This document shows positions 40,251 through 50,553 of a DNA stretch of 64,000 nucleotides, piece after piece. A program made the position numbers and the translations under genes. The stretch is from NCBI GenBank assembly GCA_050951325.1, contig JBMNIW010000012.1, positions 672,001 through 736,000 of the forward strand. Direction: 5' to 3'. Positions within the stretch are counted from its first letter, which is position 1, and each line of letters starts with the position of its first letter. Source of the DNA: Clostridia bacterium (lineage in GTDB: Bacteria > Bacillota > Clostridia > UBA1212 > DUPL01). The notes beneath the pieces were generated by a model that was given only the letters and a program-made list of their open reading frames with translations, was not told where the DNA came from and searched no databases.

Positions 40251-41810
40251 TTAAGCTTTTGACAGCTCCTTTGCTTTTTCGAAATCATCCAGTATCTCTT
40301 CCCCAGGCTTTTCTGTAAACTGAGATACCACGAATATGAAAATGCAGGAAATTATAAATGATGGGAGGAGTTCATAAACAGCAAAGACTCCGCCAAGTTT
40401 ACTTATGCCAAGCTTCCAGGTGAAGACTGAAAGTCCGCCTGAAAGCATTCCTGCAATTGCGCCGTGGTATGTTGTTCTCTTGTAGAAAAGTGAGAACAAT
40501 AGAAGCGGACCAAAGGTTGCTCCAAAACCAGCCCAGGCAAAGGATACAATTTCAAAGATTATGCTTTCTTCATCCAATGCAATGAGTACACCAATTATTG
40601 TAATTATAACGAGTGTAATCCTTGTTGCAAAGAGCACTTTCTTGTCATCAGCATCCTTCTTTATTGTACCCTGATAAATATTTTTTGCAACAGCAGATGC
40701 AGCTATGAGCAGGTATGAGTCGGACGAACTTATTGTTGCGGCAAGAATACCTGCCATAACAATACCTGCAGCAAGTGGTGGCAGAAGTTTTTGTGAAATT
40801 AAGATAAATATACTCTCAGCTTCATTTGCTGATAAAAAAGCAGTTGGGTATATGTTTCTACCTACAAGACCAATAAATACAGCCGCAGTGAGTGATATTA
40901 ACACCCATACGGTTGCAATTCTTCTGGATTTCTTAAGTTCTTGCGGATCCCTTATAGCCATAAATCTAAGAAGAACCTGAGGAACTCCAAAGTATCCAAG
41001 ACCCCATGCCATGGTTGAAACAATTGTAATCCAGCCGAATCTTTGAGCTTCACCAAAGACTGGAGCACTGTCCTTTACAACCTGCACACCATTTTCAACC
41101 GTCGGTGAAGCTGAAAAGAAGAAATCGAGGAAACCGGGAATATTCTTTACATTTTCAAATATGTTGGAAATTCCGCCTGCTGCATAGGAACCCAGTATAA
41201 AAACTGTAACAAGGGCAAAAATCATTACTATTGCCTGCAGCAAGTCGGATACGCTTTCAGCAAGGAATCCACCGAGGAACGTGTAGCCCAGAACAAAAAC
41301 AGCACCCAGTATAACCATGCTGATGTAGGGCATGCCGAATAGATTGGAGAAAAGTTTTCCACAGGTTACAAAGCAGCTGCCCACATAGACTGTGAAGAAG
41401 ATAAGGATAAACAATGCTGAAATTGTCAGTATTGCTTTTTTCTTTTCTCTGAATCTGTTGCTGAAAAAACCCGGTATTGTAAATGAATCGTTTGCCACAT
41501 GGGAATAGTTTCTTAGTCTTTTTGCGACTATAAGCCAGTTTAAATATGTACCTAGAGCAAGACCAATGGCTGTCCATGCGGCTTCGGATACGCCGATCCA
41601 GTATGCGACACCTGGTAATCCCATTAGAAGCCATCCGCTCATGTCGGAAGCTTCCGCACTCAAAGCAGACACCCATGGACCCAAGGATCGGCCGCCAATA
41701 AAATAGTTCTCAGGATTTTTATTCGCCCTTTTGGCAAAGTAAATGCCTATCCCGATAATTACTGCCATGTATGAGCTCATGGCAATCAGTATTTGTATTC
41801 TGTCACTCAT
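40251..41810 (-). CDS. putP: Sodium/proline symporter (SSS family)
   Basis: YFIGGRSLGPWVSALSAEASDMSGWLLMGLPG, WGLGYFG.PQ.LLRFMA and AWAGFGATFGP motifs. Confidence 0.92.
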   Translation of the reverse strand: MSDRIQILIAMSSYMAVIIGIGIYFAKRANKNPENYFIGGRSLGPWVSALSAEASDMSGWLLMGLPGVAYWIGVSEAAWTAIGLALGTYLNWLIVAKRLRNYSHVANDSFTIPGFFSNRFREKKKAILTISALFILIFFTVYVGSCFVTCGKLFSNLFGMPYISMVILGAVFVLGYTFLGGFLAESVSDLLQAIVMIFALVTVFILGSYAAGGISNIFENVKNIPGFLDFFFSASPTVENGVQVVKDSAPVFGEAQRFGWITIVSTMAWGLGYFGVPQVLLRFMAIRDPQELKKSRRIATVWVLISLTAAVFIGLVGRNIYPTAFLSANEAESIFILISQKLLPPLAAGIVMAGILAATISSSDSYLLIAASAVAKNIYQGTIKKDADDKKVLFATRITLVIITIIGVLIALDEESIIFEIVSFAWAGFGATFGPLLLFSLFYKRTTYHGAIAGMLSGGLSVFTWKLGISKLGGVFAVYELLPSFIISCIFIFVVSQFTEKPGEEILDDFEKAKELSKA

Positions 41811-41908
41811 TTGCACACCATCCATATTTTATTAAGTTAACGTGATAAAGCACGCTCTAGCATGATATCAAATCTTTAATGACATTTCAACACTTTTTGT
41901 CAAGGATA

Positions 41909-41937
41909 TTGACAAGTGATATCACATTCGCTATAAT
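41909..41937 (+). promoter_or_regulatory. Consensus sigma-A promoter of the T-box leader
   Basis: TTGACA, 17-bp spacer, TATAAT; palindrome GTGATATCAC in the spacer. Confidence 0.8.
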
Positions 41938-41960
41938 TAACTGCAAAAATATAGCCAAAT

Positions 41961-42202
41961 ACTATGAAGAAAAGTAGTAGCTGTAAGATGACTCCAAGAG
42001 AGCTTCGGGTTGGTGGGACGGAGCAGTATTAATACAGCGAACTCGTTTCGGAGTATCTAAGGTGAAAAAAAGTAATCTTAGGCGTCAGCAGGCGTTAACT
42101 GCATTAAAGGGAGCAGGCAACAATGGTTGTTTGCTAATAAGAGTGGTACCGCGGAGAAATACGTCTTCGTCTCTTTTGCACAAAGGGATGAAGGCTTTTT
42201 TT
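41961..42202 (+). ncRNA. T-box riboswitch, probable Leu (CUC) specifier
   Basis: Stem I with AGTAGT, AGAGAG and GGTGGGA elements; GAA-CTC at 42039-42044; AGTA box; GCGTTA; T-box AATAAGAGTGGTACCGCG at 42136-42153; terminator CTTCGTCTC...GGGATGAAG plus T-run. Confidence 0.9.
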
Positions 42203-42242
42203 ATAGCCTTCATCATGAAAAAATACGAAGGAGTTTGGTAGT

Positions 42243-43934
42243 GTGGAAAAGATTTTTGAAAGAGAAGACCAATTGATTGAAATGACATTGGGGGATTTGC
42301 TGGACAGGGTAGCCACCATCTATCCTGACGTGGAGGCGCTTGTCTACCACGACAGACCCTACAGAAAGACGTACAAAGAGTTTAATGAGGAAGTAGATCT
42401 GGTAGCACGTGGTCTTATGGCCATCGGTGTAGGAAAGGGCAGTCATGTAGCCATCTGGGCAACCAACTACCCGGAATGGGTTGTCGCAATGTTTGCGACT
42501 GCAAAAATTGGTGCTACTTTGATAACTGTAAATACGAACTACAAGATTTATGAAGCGGAGTACTTATTAAGACAATCGGATGCTGATACGCTCATAATGA
42601 TGCATGGACTCAAAGACTCATGCTATGCAGATATAATCAACGAGCTATGCCCAACTCTCAAGGATTCAAAACCTGGCGAGCTTGTATGCGATGAACTGCC
42701 TAAACTGAAGAGAATTATTTACATAGACGAAAAGGAAGACACTCCAAAAGGAATGTTCCATTGGACCGATTTGTATGAACTTGCAAAGGAGGTACCTCAT
42801 GAGGAAATGAAGAAAGTGCAGGAAACAATAAATCCTCATGATGTTGTAAATATGCAGTATACATCGGGTACGACCGGATTTCCAAAAGGAGTCATGCTCA
42901 CCCACTACAACATCCTGAATAATGGAAAACATATAGGTGACAATCAGAATTTTACCCACAAGGACAGGGTGTGTCTGCCTGTTCCGTTTTTCCACTGCTT
43001 TGGCTGCGTGCTGGGAATCATGGCAATTATTACCCATGGAGCAACCATTGTGGGTGTGGAAAGGTACAACCCCGTTAGAGTCATGGAAACAATACAGGCA
43101 GAAAAGTGTACTGCAACATACGGTGTGCCTACCATGTATATTGCAATACTTGAGCATCCTGATTTTAACAAATACGATTACAGCACATTGAGAACTGGCC
43201 TTATGTCCGGAGCACAATGCCCTGTAAGGGTTATGGAGAGGGTCATTGCAGAAATGAACATGAAGGAAATCTGCATACCTTATGGAATGACTGAAACATC
43301 TCCTGTGTGCACAATGACGAAAATGGATGACAGCATAGACAAGAGGGTCAGGACTGTTGGTCGTGCCATGCCTTTTGTTGAAGTTAAAATAGTGGATCCT
43401 GAGACAAGAAAGGATCTTCCCCCAAACACCCCTGGAGAAATTGCGGTAAGAGGATACTCAGTAATGAAAGGTTACTACAAAATGCCTGAAGCCACCGCAC
43501 AGGTAGTTGATGAAAACGGTTGGTATTATTCTGGTGATATCGGAGTTATGGATGATGAAGGCTACTTCATGATTACAGGAAGATGCAAGGATATGATAAT
43601 CCGAGGCGGAGAAAACATTTATCCGAAGGAAATTGAAGAGTTTTTATACACTTATCCGAAGGTAAGGGATGTACAGGTAATCGGAGTGCCAGACAAGGTA
43701 TACGGCGAAGAGATATGTGCCTGCATCATACCAAAAGAGGGTATGGAAATTGATGAGGCTGAGATAAAGGAATATGTAAGGGAAAACATGGCAAGACACA
43801 AAGTTCCCAAGTACGTCTGGCTGATGGATTCCTTCCCAATGACCGCAAGTGGTAAGATTCAGAAATACAAGCTAAGGGAAAAAGCAGTAGAAGCCTTAAA
43901 CCTTCATGATCAGGTCAAGGTGGCAACACCTTAG
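42243..43934 (+). CDS. AMP-binding acyl-CoA synthetase
   Basis: QYTSGTTGFPKG, YGMTETSP, SGDIG, GR.KDMIIRGGENIYP and TASGKIQK motifs. Confidence 0.94.
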   Translation: MEKIFEREDQLIEMTLGDLLDRVATIYPDVEALVYHDRPYRKTYKEFNEEVDLVARGLMAIGVGKGSHVAIWATNYPEWVVAMFATAKIGATLITVNTNYKIYEAEYLLRQSDADTLIMMHGLKDSCYADIINELCPTLKDSKPGELVCDELPKLKRIIYIDEKEDTPKGMFHWTDLYELAKEVPHEEMKKVQETINPHDVVNMQYTSGTTGFPKGVMLTHYNILNNGKHIGDNQNFTHKDRVCLPVPFFHCFGCVLGIMAIITHGATIVGVERYNPVRVMETIQAEKCTATYGVPTMYIAILEHPDFNKYDYSTLRTGLMSGAQCPVRVMERVIAEMNMKEICIPYGMTETSPVCTMTKMDDSIDKRVRTVGRAMPFVEVKIVDPETRKDLPPNTPGEIAVRGYSVMKGYYKMPEATAQVVDENGWYYSGDIGVMDDEGYFMITGRCKDMIIRGGENIYPKEIEEFLYTYPKVRDVQVIGVPDKVYGEEICACIIPKEGMEIDEAEIKEYVRENMARHKVPKYVWLMDSFPMTASGKIQKYKLREKAVEALNLHDQVKVATP

Positions 43935-44680
43935 TGCTGCCATTGACCGTAACATTCAAAGAACGATTTTTCTGATGAATCCGTGCCTTTTACAAAAAAT
44001 GCGGATTCATCTTCTTTTTTAATTAGGTTGAGTGTAACTTCATCGTTTGTGCGAATTTCCTGCACATACCTTATGTCAATTGTCTTAATGGGGTTATCCT
44101 TGTAATGCTCCGGCGGGAAAAGGTCGCACACCCATTCAATATATTTTGCATTGTTTACATGACCATTGTAGTCAAAATCACTGTAAACAGGTCTTTTTGA
44201 AAAAGAAATGCCTGCATCATCATTTATGAATATTTTTTTTGGCATTTTAAGTGGAGCGTTAATCTTGCTTGTGTCCGGATACTTGATATCGCAATCTGCG
44301 GGCTTGACAATGCTTCTTGTATCCACGTTCATAAGTACCCACTCGGAAACAGCACTACCCAAGCGTTCTCCACTTTCCAGTTCAAAGGTAAAGTATCTTG
44401 TGAAAAGAATTCTTCTTTTGTTGTCAGGCCAGGTTGTTATTTTCACCTTGTCGTAGCTTTGTGCATACTTTTCTATTTCAAGATGCATTCTTGTCAAAAC
44501 ATAGCAGCATCTGTAGTCTGCCATTAGTTCATTCCAACCACAGCCTAAAAGCGTACAGTGGGAGTTTGCCACATCCTGGGCATAACTCAGCATGGATGAT
44601 AGTTTCCACCTGTTGAATATATCCACATCTTGAGCCCATAACGAAACAACGCCACTGTATTGAGGCAATAAATCCGACAT
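43931..44680 (-). CDS. Acyl-ACP thioesterase family protein
   Basis: Double hot-dog fold; SEWVLMN..TR and YSDFDYNGHVNNAKYIEW motifs. Confidence 0.88.
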   Translation of the reverse strand: MSDLLPQYSGVVSLWAQDVDIFNRWKLSSMLSYAQDVANSHCTLLGCGWNELMADYRCCYVLTRMHLEIEKYAQSYDKVKITTWPDNKRRILFTRYFTFELESGERLGSAVSEWVLMNVDTRSIVKPADCDIKYPDTSKINAPLKMPKKIFINDDAGISFSKRPVYSDFDYNGHVNNAKYIEWVCDLFPPEHYKDNPIKTIDIRYVQEIRTNDEVTLNLIKKEDESAFFVKGTDSSEKSFFECYGQWQH

Positions 44681-44728
44681 TAAATTCCTCCTTCCAAAAA
44701 ATCAACAACATTACAATTATACACAAAA

Positions 44729-45532
44729 TCAGCCGGATTTCAAAATATTGACTGCATTAAGGTAATAAATTCTTTCCTTCAAATCATCTGATATGTTTAA
44801 AGAATCAACAAAAGAAACAGACAAATCAACATCCTCCCAGGGGCAGTCGCTGCCAAAGAGAGTATTTTCTTCAGGATGCTTCAGAATAATTCTCCTTGCC
44901 TGTTCCTTGTCCATTTTTCCGTTTACACAAAAGGATGTGTCAAAGTATACGTTTTCAAGTCCGGTCAGATTATCTTCCACTTCGTCCCAGAACTTTAAGC
45001 TTCCCATGTGGGCAAATACAAACATTGTATGCGGAAACTCCAAAGCTATTTCTCTAAGCATTATAGGGGTTGCATGGACAACCTTCGGACTGTAGCAGTC
45101 CCAACCGGTATGCATAACAACAGGCAGGGCCAACTGGCCGCATAAATCATATACTGGGTACACTTTTTTATCGTTTGCAAAAAAAACCTGATAGTCCGGG
45201 TGCAGTTTAATGCCTCTTATCCCAAGGCTTTTGATTCTTTCAAGCTCATTAAGGCAGTTTTCTCCGTCAGGATGAACCGAACCAAAGGATGTAAAGTTTT
45301 CATACATACTATTCAGTCTTGCCGCCTCGTCATTTATTGTGGTCATCTGACTCGGCTTTGTTGCAATGTTTAAAAAAACTGCCTTGTCCACACCGCATGC
45401 CTTCAATTTATCCATTGTATCTTTAATAGTTCCATCAGTAAAAGGTGTCAAACCACTTATTCTTGCGAGATTGCCAATTGCCTTTTTTGCTATCTTGTCA
45501 GGGAATATGTGTACATGAAAATCTATAATCAT
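44729..45532 (-). CDS. Amidohydrolase_2 family metal-dependent hydrolase
   Basis: IIDFHVHIFP, GIKLHPDYQ, HTG.D, AHMG, DTSF and FGSDCPW motifs. Confidence 0.9.
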   Translation of the reverse strand: MIIDFHVHIFPDKIAKKAIGNLARISGLTPFTDGTIKDTMDKLKACGVDKAVFLNIATKPSQMTTINDEAARLNSMYENFTSFGSVHPDGENCLNELERIKSLGIRGIKLHPDYQVFFANDKKVYPVYDLCGQLALPVVMHTGWDCYSPKVVHATPIMLREIALEFPHTMFVFAHMGSLKFWDEVEDNLTGLENVYFDTSFCVNGKMDKEQARRIILKHPEENTLFGSDCPWEDVDLSVSFVDSLNISDDLKERIYYLNAVNILKSG

Positions 45533-45633
45533 CTTTACCTGCCTTTTTCCTTTAATTATATTCCCCTTTTTATTGAATGGCAAACCGAAAGGTGATAAAA
45601 TAAGCGCAAAATGAAGTGAAAGAGGTCTTTAAA

Positions 45634-47646
45634 ATGAAATACACTCCCCCTTTTTACGGCAGCGCATATTATCCTGAAAGCTGGCCAAAGGAGAAAATCA
45701 AGGAAGATATTGCACTTATGAAGGAAATGGGCATGAATGTTGCAAGAATTGGTGAATTTGCCTGGAGCAACATGGAGCCAAAAGAAGGTAAGTATGATTT
45801 TTCGTTCATGCTCCATGTTGTATCGGAACTTGACAAGGAGGGAATTGCAACAATTATGGGCACGCCTACCTGCACGCCTCCTGCGTGGCTTACTCAAAAG
45901 CATCCCGAGGTTATGATTGTAAACTCCCATGGTGTAAGGGAGACGCATGGTGCAAGAAGGCATGCATGTCCGAATAATCCTGTATACAGAGAGTATACAA
46001 GAAAGATAGTCACAAACATGGCACAGGCCTTCAAAGACTGTGATAGCATAATTGGATGGCAGATAGATAATGAATTGTATAACAATGGGAACGATGGCAG
46101 AGGTTGCTGCTGTAATGTGTGTTATGGCAAGTTTCTTGAATATCTGAAGGAAAAGTACGAAACTTTGGAGAACCTTAACAGAACTTGGGGAATGTATGTA
46201 TGGAGTCTGAATTATACAGAATGGGAGCAGATACCCATTCCTAGAAATAATGTATGGCATCATCCTTCCTATCTTACGGAATGGATGCTGTTCCAGGCAA
46301 GGTCCTACAAGGAATATTGTGATTTCCAGGCAGACATACTGCATGAATATCTGCCGGAAGATGTGCCTGTAGGTACCGACATGATGCCGTTTCTCGGTCT
46401 TGATTATGAGGATATGAATGAGAAACTTGATGTTGTCCAGTTCAATTATTACAGATTTACTCCTAATCTTTGGGACATCGCCCTGTGGGCAGATTACATG
46501 TACAATGTACTTGACAAGCCTTTCTGGATTACGGAGACTGCCACCTGCTGGGGAGGAGGTGTTGCATGCACATGGCATAATGATGAGAATTTATGCATTG
46601 CAAACACCATGCTTCCCGTTATCCTGGGCTCAAACGCCAACCTATACTGGCTGTGGAGAAACCATTTTGCAGGGCAGGAACTTATGCACGGCTCCGTTGT
46701 AAATTCCCATGGCAGACCCATGCACATAGCAAATGAAGTAAAGCATATTGCAAGCTCTTTAAGAAAACTTGAGGACATGATAAATAATACATACCCAAAA
46801 AGAAGCGAGATTGCAATGCACATATCCCACCATGCCTGGACTTTGTATATGTTCCAGCCCATGGTAAACGGTTTTGATTATTACAATGCGTTTACAGGAG
46901 ATGTATTTAAACCACTGATGGAAAGTCAATTAAGGTCAAGCGTGATAAGCGAAGGTATGGACTTGTCAAAGTACAAGGTTGTAATTACATCCTTTGTACC
47001 CCATATTGAAAGGAAGGAACTAAACAAAAGAATTCTTGAATGGGTGAAGGAAGGTGGTACCTGGATCGCAGGTCCCATGACTGATATTAGAACCTATGTG
47101 GCAAACAAGTATATGGCAAAGCCTTTTGGAATGCTGGAGGATGTTACTGGTACAAGGCTTGCATTTACACTTCCGGGAGGCAGGAAATATACTGCCGTAT
47201 CGGACAGTGGAGAGGTTCTTGAGTTCAAGGAGAATGCAAACTCTTTTGATGCCTACGAGGCAGATGAAAGTACAAAGGTATTGTATAAATACAGGGAAGG
47301 ATACTTGAAAGACTATGCTGCGATTACTGAAACAAAGGTAGGCAAGGGAAGGATAATTCTATTAGGTTCCATGCCTGCTCCGGAAAGTTTTGCAGGTTTC
47401 ATAAAAGCAATTGCGCAAGAAGAAGGAATCAATCCGTTTGACGCATCCGGCAATGTGGTTGTTCAAATCCGTAAGAATACAGAGACGGATGAGGATGAAT
47501 ATCTTGCATGCGTGGAAGTTACAAACATGGAAGGCTATATTACTGCAATATTTGACTGCGTTGATGTAATTGACGGCAGTACATACAAAAAAGGCGAAAG
47601 AATAATCATGGCGCCATTTTCTTTCAGGGTATTGAGAAAGATTTGA
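45634..47646 (+). CDS. GH42 beta-galactosidase-like protein
   Basis: YYPESWP, RIGEFAWS..EP, WQIDNE acid/base, Cys cluster CCCNVC, WITET and trimerisation domain. Confidence 0.9.
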   Translation: MKYTPPFYGSAYYPESWPKEKIKEDIALMKEMGMNVARIGEFAWSNMEPKEGKYDFSFMLHVVSELDKEGIATIMGTPTCTPPAWLTQKHPEVMIVNSHGVRETHGARRHACPNNPVYREYTRKIVTNMAQAFKDCDSIIGWQIDNELYNNGNDGRGCCCNVCYGKFLEYLKEKYETLENLNRTWGMYVWSLNYTEWEQIPIPRNNVWHHPSYLTEWMLFQARSYKEYCDFQADILHEYLPEDVPVGTDMMPFLGLDYEDMNEKLDVVQFNYYRFTPNLWDIALWADYMYNVLDKPFWITETATCWGGGVACTWHNDENLCIANTMLPVILGSNANLYWLWRNHFAGQELMHGSVVNSHGRPMHIANEVKHIASSLRKLEDMINNTYPKRSEIAMHISHHAWTLYMFQPMVNGFDYYNAFTGDVFKPLMESQLRSSVISEGMDLSKYKVVITSFVPHIERKELNKRILEWVKEGGTWIAGPMTDIRTYVANKYMAKPFGMLEDVTGTRLAFTLPGGRKYTAVSDSGEVLEFKENANSFDAYEADESTKVLYKYREGYLKDYAAITETKVGKGRIILLGSMPAPESFAGFIKAIAQEEGINPFDASGNVVVQIRKNTETDEDEYLACVEVTNMEGYITAIFDCVDVIDGSTYKKGERIIMAPFSFRVLRKI

Positions 47647-47656
47647 GAAAGGATGA

Positions 47657-50050
47657 TTGTATATGGAGCTGGATATTAAGAAGCGATATTACAAACTGGC
47701 AAGTTTGGATAGTTGTGAAGAGCCTGGATTTTGTGTATCTGAGAACGAAATAAGGACTGCGTACACAATAGGGGATGATTACGGTCTTCATAGAAGCCGT
47801 TTTTCTTTTGACATGGTGTTGAAAGATGAGATAGAGGTCGGGTTGAGACTTTTTGAAACCAGAATGCAGGGGATTGGGCTTTGGTTTACATTAAAAGATG
47901 GCAAAATACTAATTTACAACCAATCCTCTGGTTTATCGGTGGAAATTAACCACAACATTGAGTTGGCTAAAAAGAGAAAAATAGTATTTCTGGAGAATCT
48001 GTCTGATATAACATTGATGGTGGATGATATGGTAATTTGTGTTGTCAAGATAGACAAGGACAATCTTACTGTATTGGAGAAAGACGAAAAGGTGCTTGAG
48101 GAAGTAAAAAACGAATCCATACCCATATCAGGTTTTGTAAAAATAGCTGCAAAGGATGAAGAAATTTCAAATATCGAGTATGAGCATTATGAGGTAATTC
48201 AGACTTTTAAAGAGTTTAAAAACAGGAATATGGATTACTCCACATGGATTGCCACCGATGATTTGGGGAGAGTCACTCCTGATTACAGTATCGTCGGAGG
48301 TCCCGGAAAGGAAAAGTACGTTGGTCTATTCTATTTCATGTGCCATGTGCATGCAATGGGAGAAAAAGCGCGAGACCATACGAAAATATATCTTGAACAG
48401 GGCCTTGAAGCACTTAAGGAGTTTTTGCCAAAGTCCCATGGAGGACACTGGGCTGAACCGTACTTTGGATATTATCTATCCTATGACGAATGGGTCTACT
48501 TCAAGCATGCCTTCATGCTGGAAGCAGCAGGAGTGGATTTTATATTTCTTGATTTTTCAAATCATAGAACTTATCCCGATGCTACAAAGGTTTTGCTTGA
48601 TACATGGCTCAAGATACGTAAAATGGGATGCAATACACCGCAGATAGTCCCCATGTGCGGAGACATGCCTTCAATATTGGTGGTTGATTTGTATACATTG
48701 TGGGACACCATATTCACAAAGCCTGAGTATGACGAGCTTTTGTTTAAATGGGAAGGCAAGCCCCTTATACTTGGAAACAACGATGACCCAAAAGGAGACA
48801 GGTGGACGGTTTCGGGTACAACTCCACAGACAAGAGAACAGTTCTATGAGATTATAAGTAGGGATAAAAACATACTTAAGTTTTTTGAGTCGGGCAGATT
48901 CCACGAGTGTCTGTCGAAACTGACAGTTAGAAAATGCTGGGCATGGCAGGCATCAAGGTATGAAGAAGATAAAAACTTTGCAGGATACTGGGACTGGCTT
49001 GATTGGTCGCCTCAGGCGCCTGGAAGAAGCTTTGACGGAGAAATTGAGCAGATTTCCGTAAAGATGGGTACCCATGCACACACTAGCACTGGCAGAAGTT
49101 ATTTGGGTAAAAAAGACTATGGAACAGGACTTGGTGACTTTGATTTTACCTTGGGTACTGCCAAGTATGGATTGTGTTTTGAAGAGCAGTTTAGAAACGC
49201 AATGAAAGTGGATCCGAAGGTAATAATGATTACAGGATGGAATGAATGGTATGCAGGGTGTATAAAGCTTCCTGGAAGGGACGATCTTGTTGTTGGGCAT
49301 ACAAGCACCCCTGGTTACTATTTAGTCGACCAGTTCAATCCTGAATTCTCAAGGGATGGAGAACCTATGAAAATACGGAATGGAGTTGGTTTTGGTGACA
49401 ACTACTATTATCAAATGGTGAATTACATACGAGAGTTCAAGGGAATCAACAAGATGCCTGTTGCCAGCGGTCAAAAGACAATTGATCTGAATGGCGGTCT
49501 TTCAGAGTGGGATGATGTCGGACCTGTTTACACGGACTTTGTTAATGATACCGTATTCAGAAGACATCTTTCCTGGGGAGGAGCGTATATGTATATCAAC
49601 AATACGGGAAGAAACGATATAGATTATGCAAAGGTTTCCCAAGATGACGAGTATATATACTTCCTGGTAACCACTGCCCATCCGTTGGTTTTTGTAGATG
49701 AGAGCAACTTTATGAACCTTTTTATTGATATTGACATGAATCATGACACAGGTTGGGAAGGCTATGACTTCATAATCAATAGAAACAGGGAAGAAAAAAC
49801 CGTATCCGTGGAAAGGTTTGTAAACAACAGCTGGGAGTTTGAAGAAGCTGGCAGGGCGGAGTACAAGCTTTATAAGAAATGCCTCATGTTAAAGGTAGCA
49901 AAGAAAATCCTTGGCTTTGAAGGAAAAAAGGTATCTTTTGACTTCAAATGGGCTGACAATTCAACTACAACTGGCAACGTGATGGAGTTTATGGATTTGG
50001 GAGATGCAGCGCCTGATTCAAGATTTAATTTCAGATATGTGGTAGAATGA
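47657..50050 (+). CDS. Unclassified glycoside-hydrolase-like protein, paralog of 25603-27486, no signal peptide
   Basis: ATDDLGR, VGLFYF, WAEPYFGYY, AGVDFIFLD.SN, TGWNEW, EFSRDGEP, FKWADN and GDAAPDSRFNF motifs. Confidence 0.65.
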   Translation: MYMELDIKKRYYKLASLDSCEEPGFCVSENEIRTAYTIGDDYGLHRSRFSFDMVLKDEIEVGLRLFETRMQGIGLWFTLKDGKILIYNQSSGLSVEINHNIELAKKRKIVFLENLSDITLMVDDMVICVVKIDKDNLTVLEKDEKVLEEVKNESIPISGFVKIAAKDEEISNIEYEHYEVIQTFKEFKNRNMDYSTWIATDDLGRVTPDYSIVGGPGKEKYVGLFYFMCHVHAMGEKARDHTKIYLEQGLEALKEFLPKSHGGHWAEPYFGYYLSYDEWVYFKHAFMLEAAGVDFIFLDFSNHRTYPDATKVLLDTWLKIRKMGCNTPQIVPMCGDMPSILVVDLYTLWDTIFTKPEYDELLFKWEGKPLILGNNDDPKGDRWTVSGTTPQTREQFYEIISRDKNILKFFESGRFHECLSKLTVRKCWAWQASRYEEDKNFAGYWDWLDWSPQAPGRSFDGEIEQISVKMGTHAHTSTGRSYLGKKDYGTGLGDFDFTLGTAKYGLCFEEQFRNAMKVDPKVIMITGWNEWYAGCIKLPGRDDLVVGHTSTPGYYLVDQFNPEFSRDGEPMKIRNGVGFGDNYYYQMVNYIREFKGINKMPVASGQKTIDLNGGLSEWDDVGPVYTDFVNDTVFRRHLSWGGAYMYINNTGRNDIDYAKVSQDDEYIYFLVTTAHPLVFVDESNFMNLFIDIDMNHDTGWEGYDFIINRNREEKTVSVERFVNNSWEFEEAGRAEYKLYKKCLMLKVAKKILGFEGKKVSFDFKWADNSTTTGNVMEFMDLGDAAPDSRFNFRYVVE

Positions 50051-50164
50051 TGTTTTTTGTCAATACCTTGTATACCGCTATTTCAATTCAAATATCACGA
50101 AGAGTTTTTACAGCTGGTTTGTGGTATAATTAATAAATGAAAGTAATATATAAGGAGAATTTAA

Positions 50165-50491
50165 ATGGCAGAAAATAGAACAATATGTACAAAAAACAAT
50201 ATTGATTATATCTCAATCAGAATGGCGATGGCCAAAGGTGCAAGAACTGTAGAGGATTTGGTTGAGATGGCAGGTATCTGCGCTGAATGCGAAGGCTGCA
50301 AGGCTGAAATTGAAGGTATTTTAAGTTCGGTTTGCGGATGCAAAAATGTATCTCTGGCTGAAGTAGTAAATGCTGTGAAAAATGGTGCCGATACTGTTGA
50401 TAAGGTTGGCGAAGTGACTGGCGCAGGTACCGGAGAGGATTGTGGAAAGTGTAAAGTGCTCATTCAAAACATTATTGAGCTGGGAAGATGA
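50165..50491 (+). CDS. Tandem BFD-like [2Fe-2S]-binding protein
   Basis: Two short repeats: C...CAECEGC and CGC...TGAGT..CGKC. Confidence 0.8.
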   Translation: MAENRTICTKNNIDYISIRMAMAKGARTVEDLVEMAGICAECEGCKAEIEGILSSVCGCKNVSLAEVVNAVKNGADTVDKVGEVTGAGTGEDCGKCKVLIQNIIELGR

Positions 50492-50497
50492 TAATTC

Positions 50498-50528
50498 AAG
50501 ACTGTCTCTCTTGAGGCAGTCTTTTATT
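50498..50528 (+). terminator. Rho-independent terminator
   Basis: AAGACTGTCTC..GAGGCAGTCTT stem followed by TTATT. Confidence 0.75.
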
Positions 50529-50553
50529 GTACGGAAATAACAGGAGGAATTAA

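Noticed and set aside
45556-46578. 340-aa minus-strand ORF
   Set aside because: Antisense shadow of the well-supported GH42 gene with no recognisable motifs; the same applies to the many short antisense ORFs in the track
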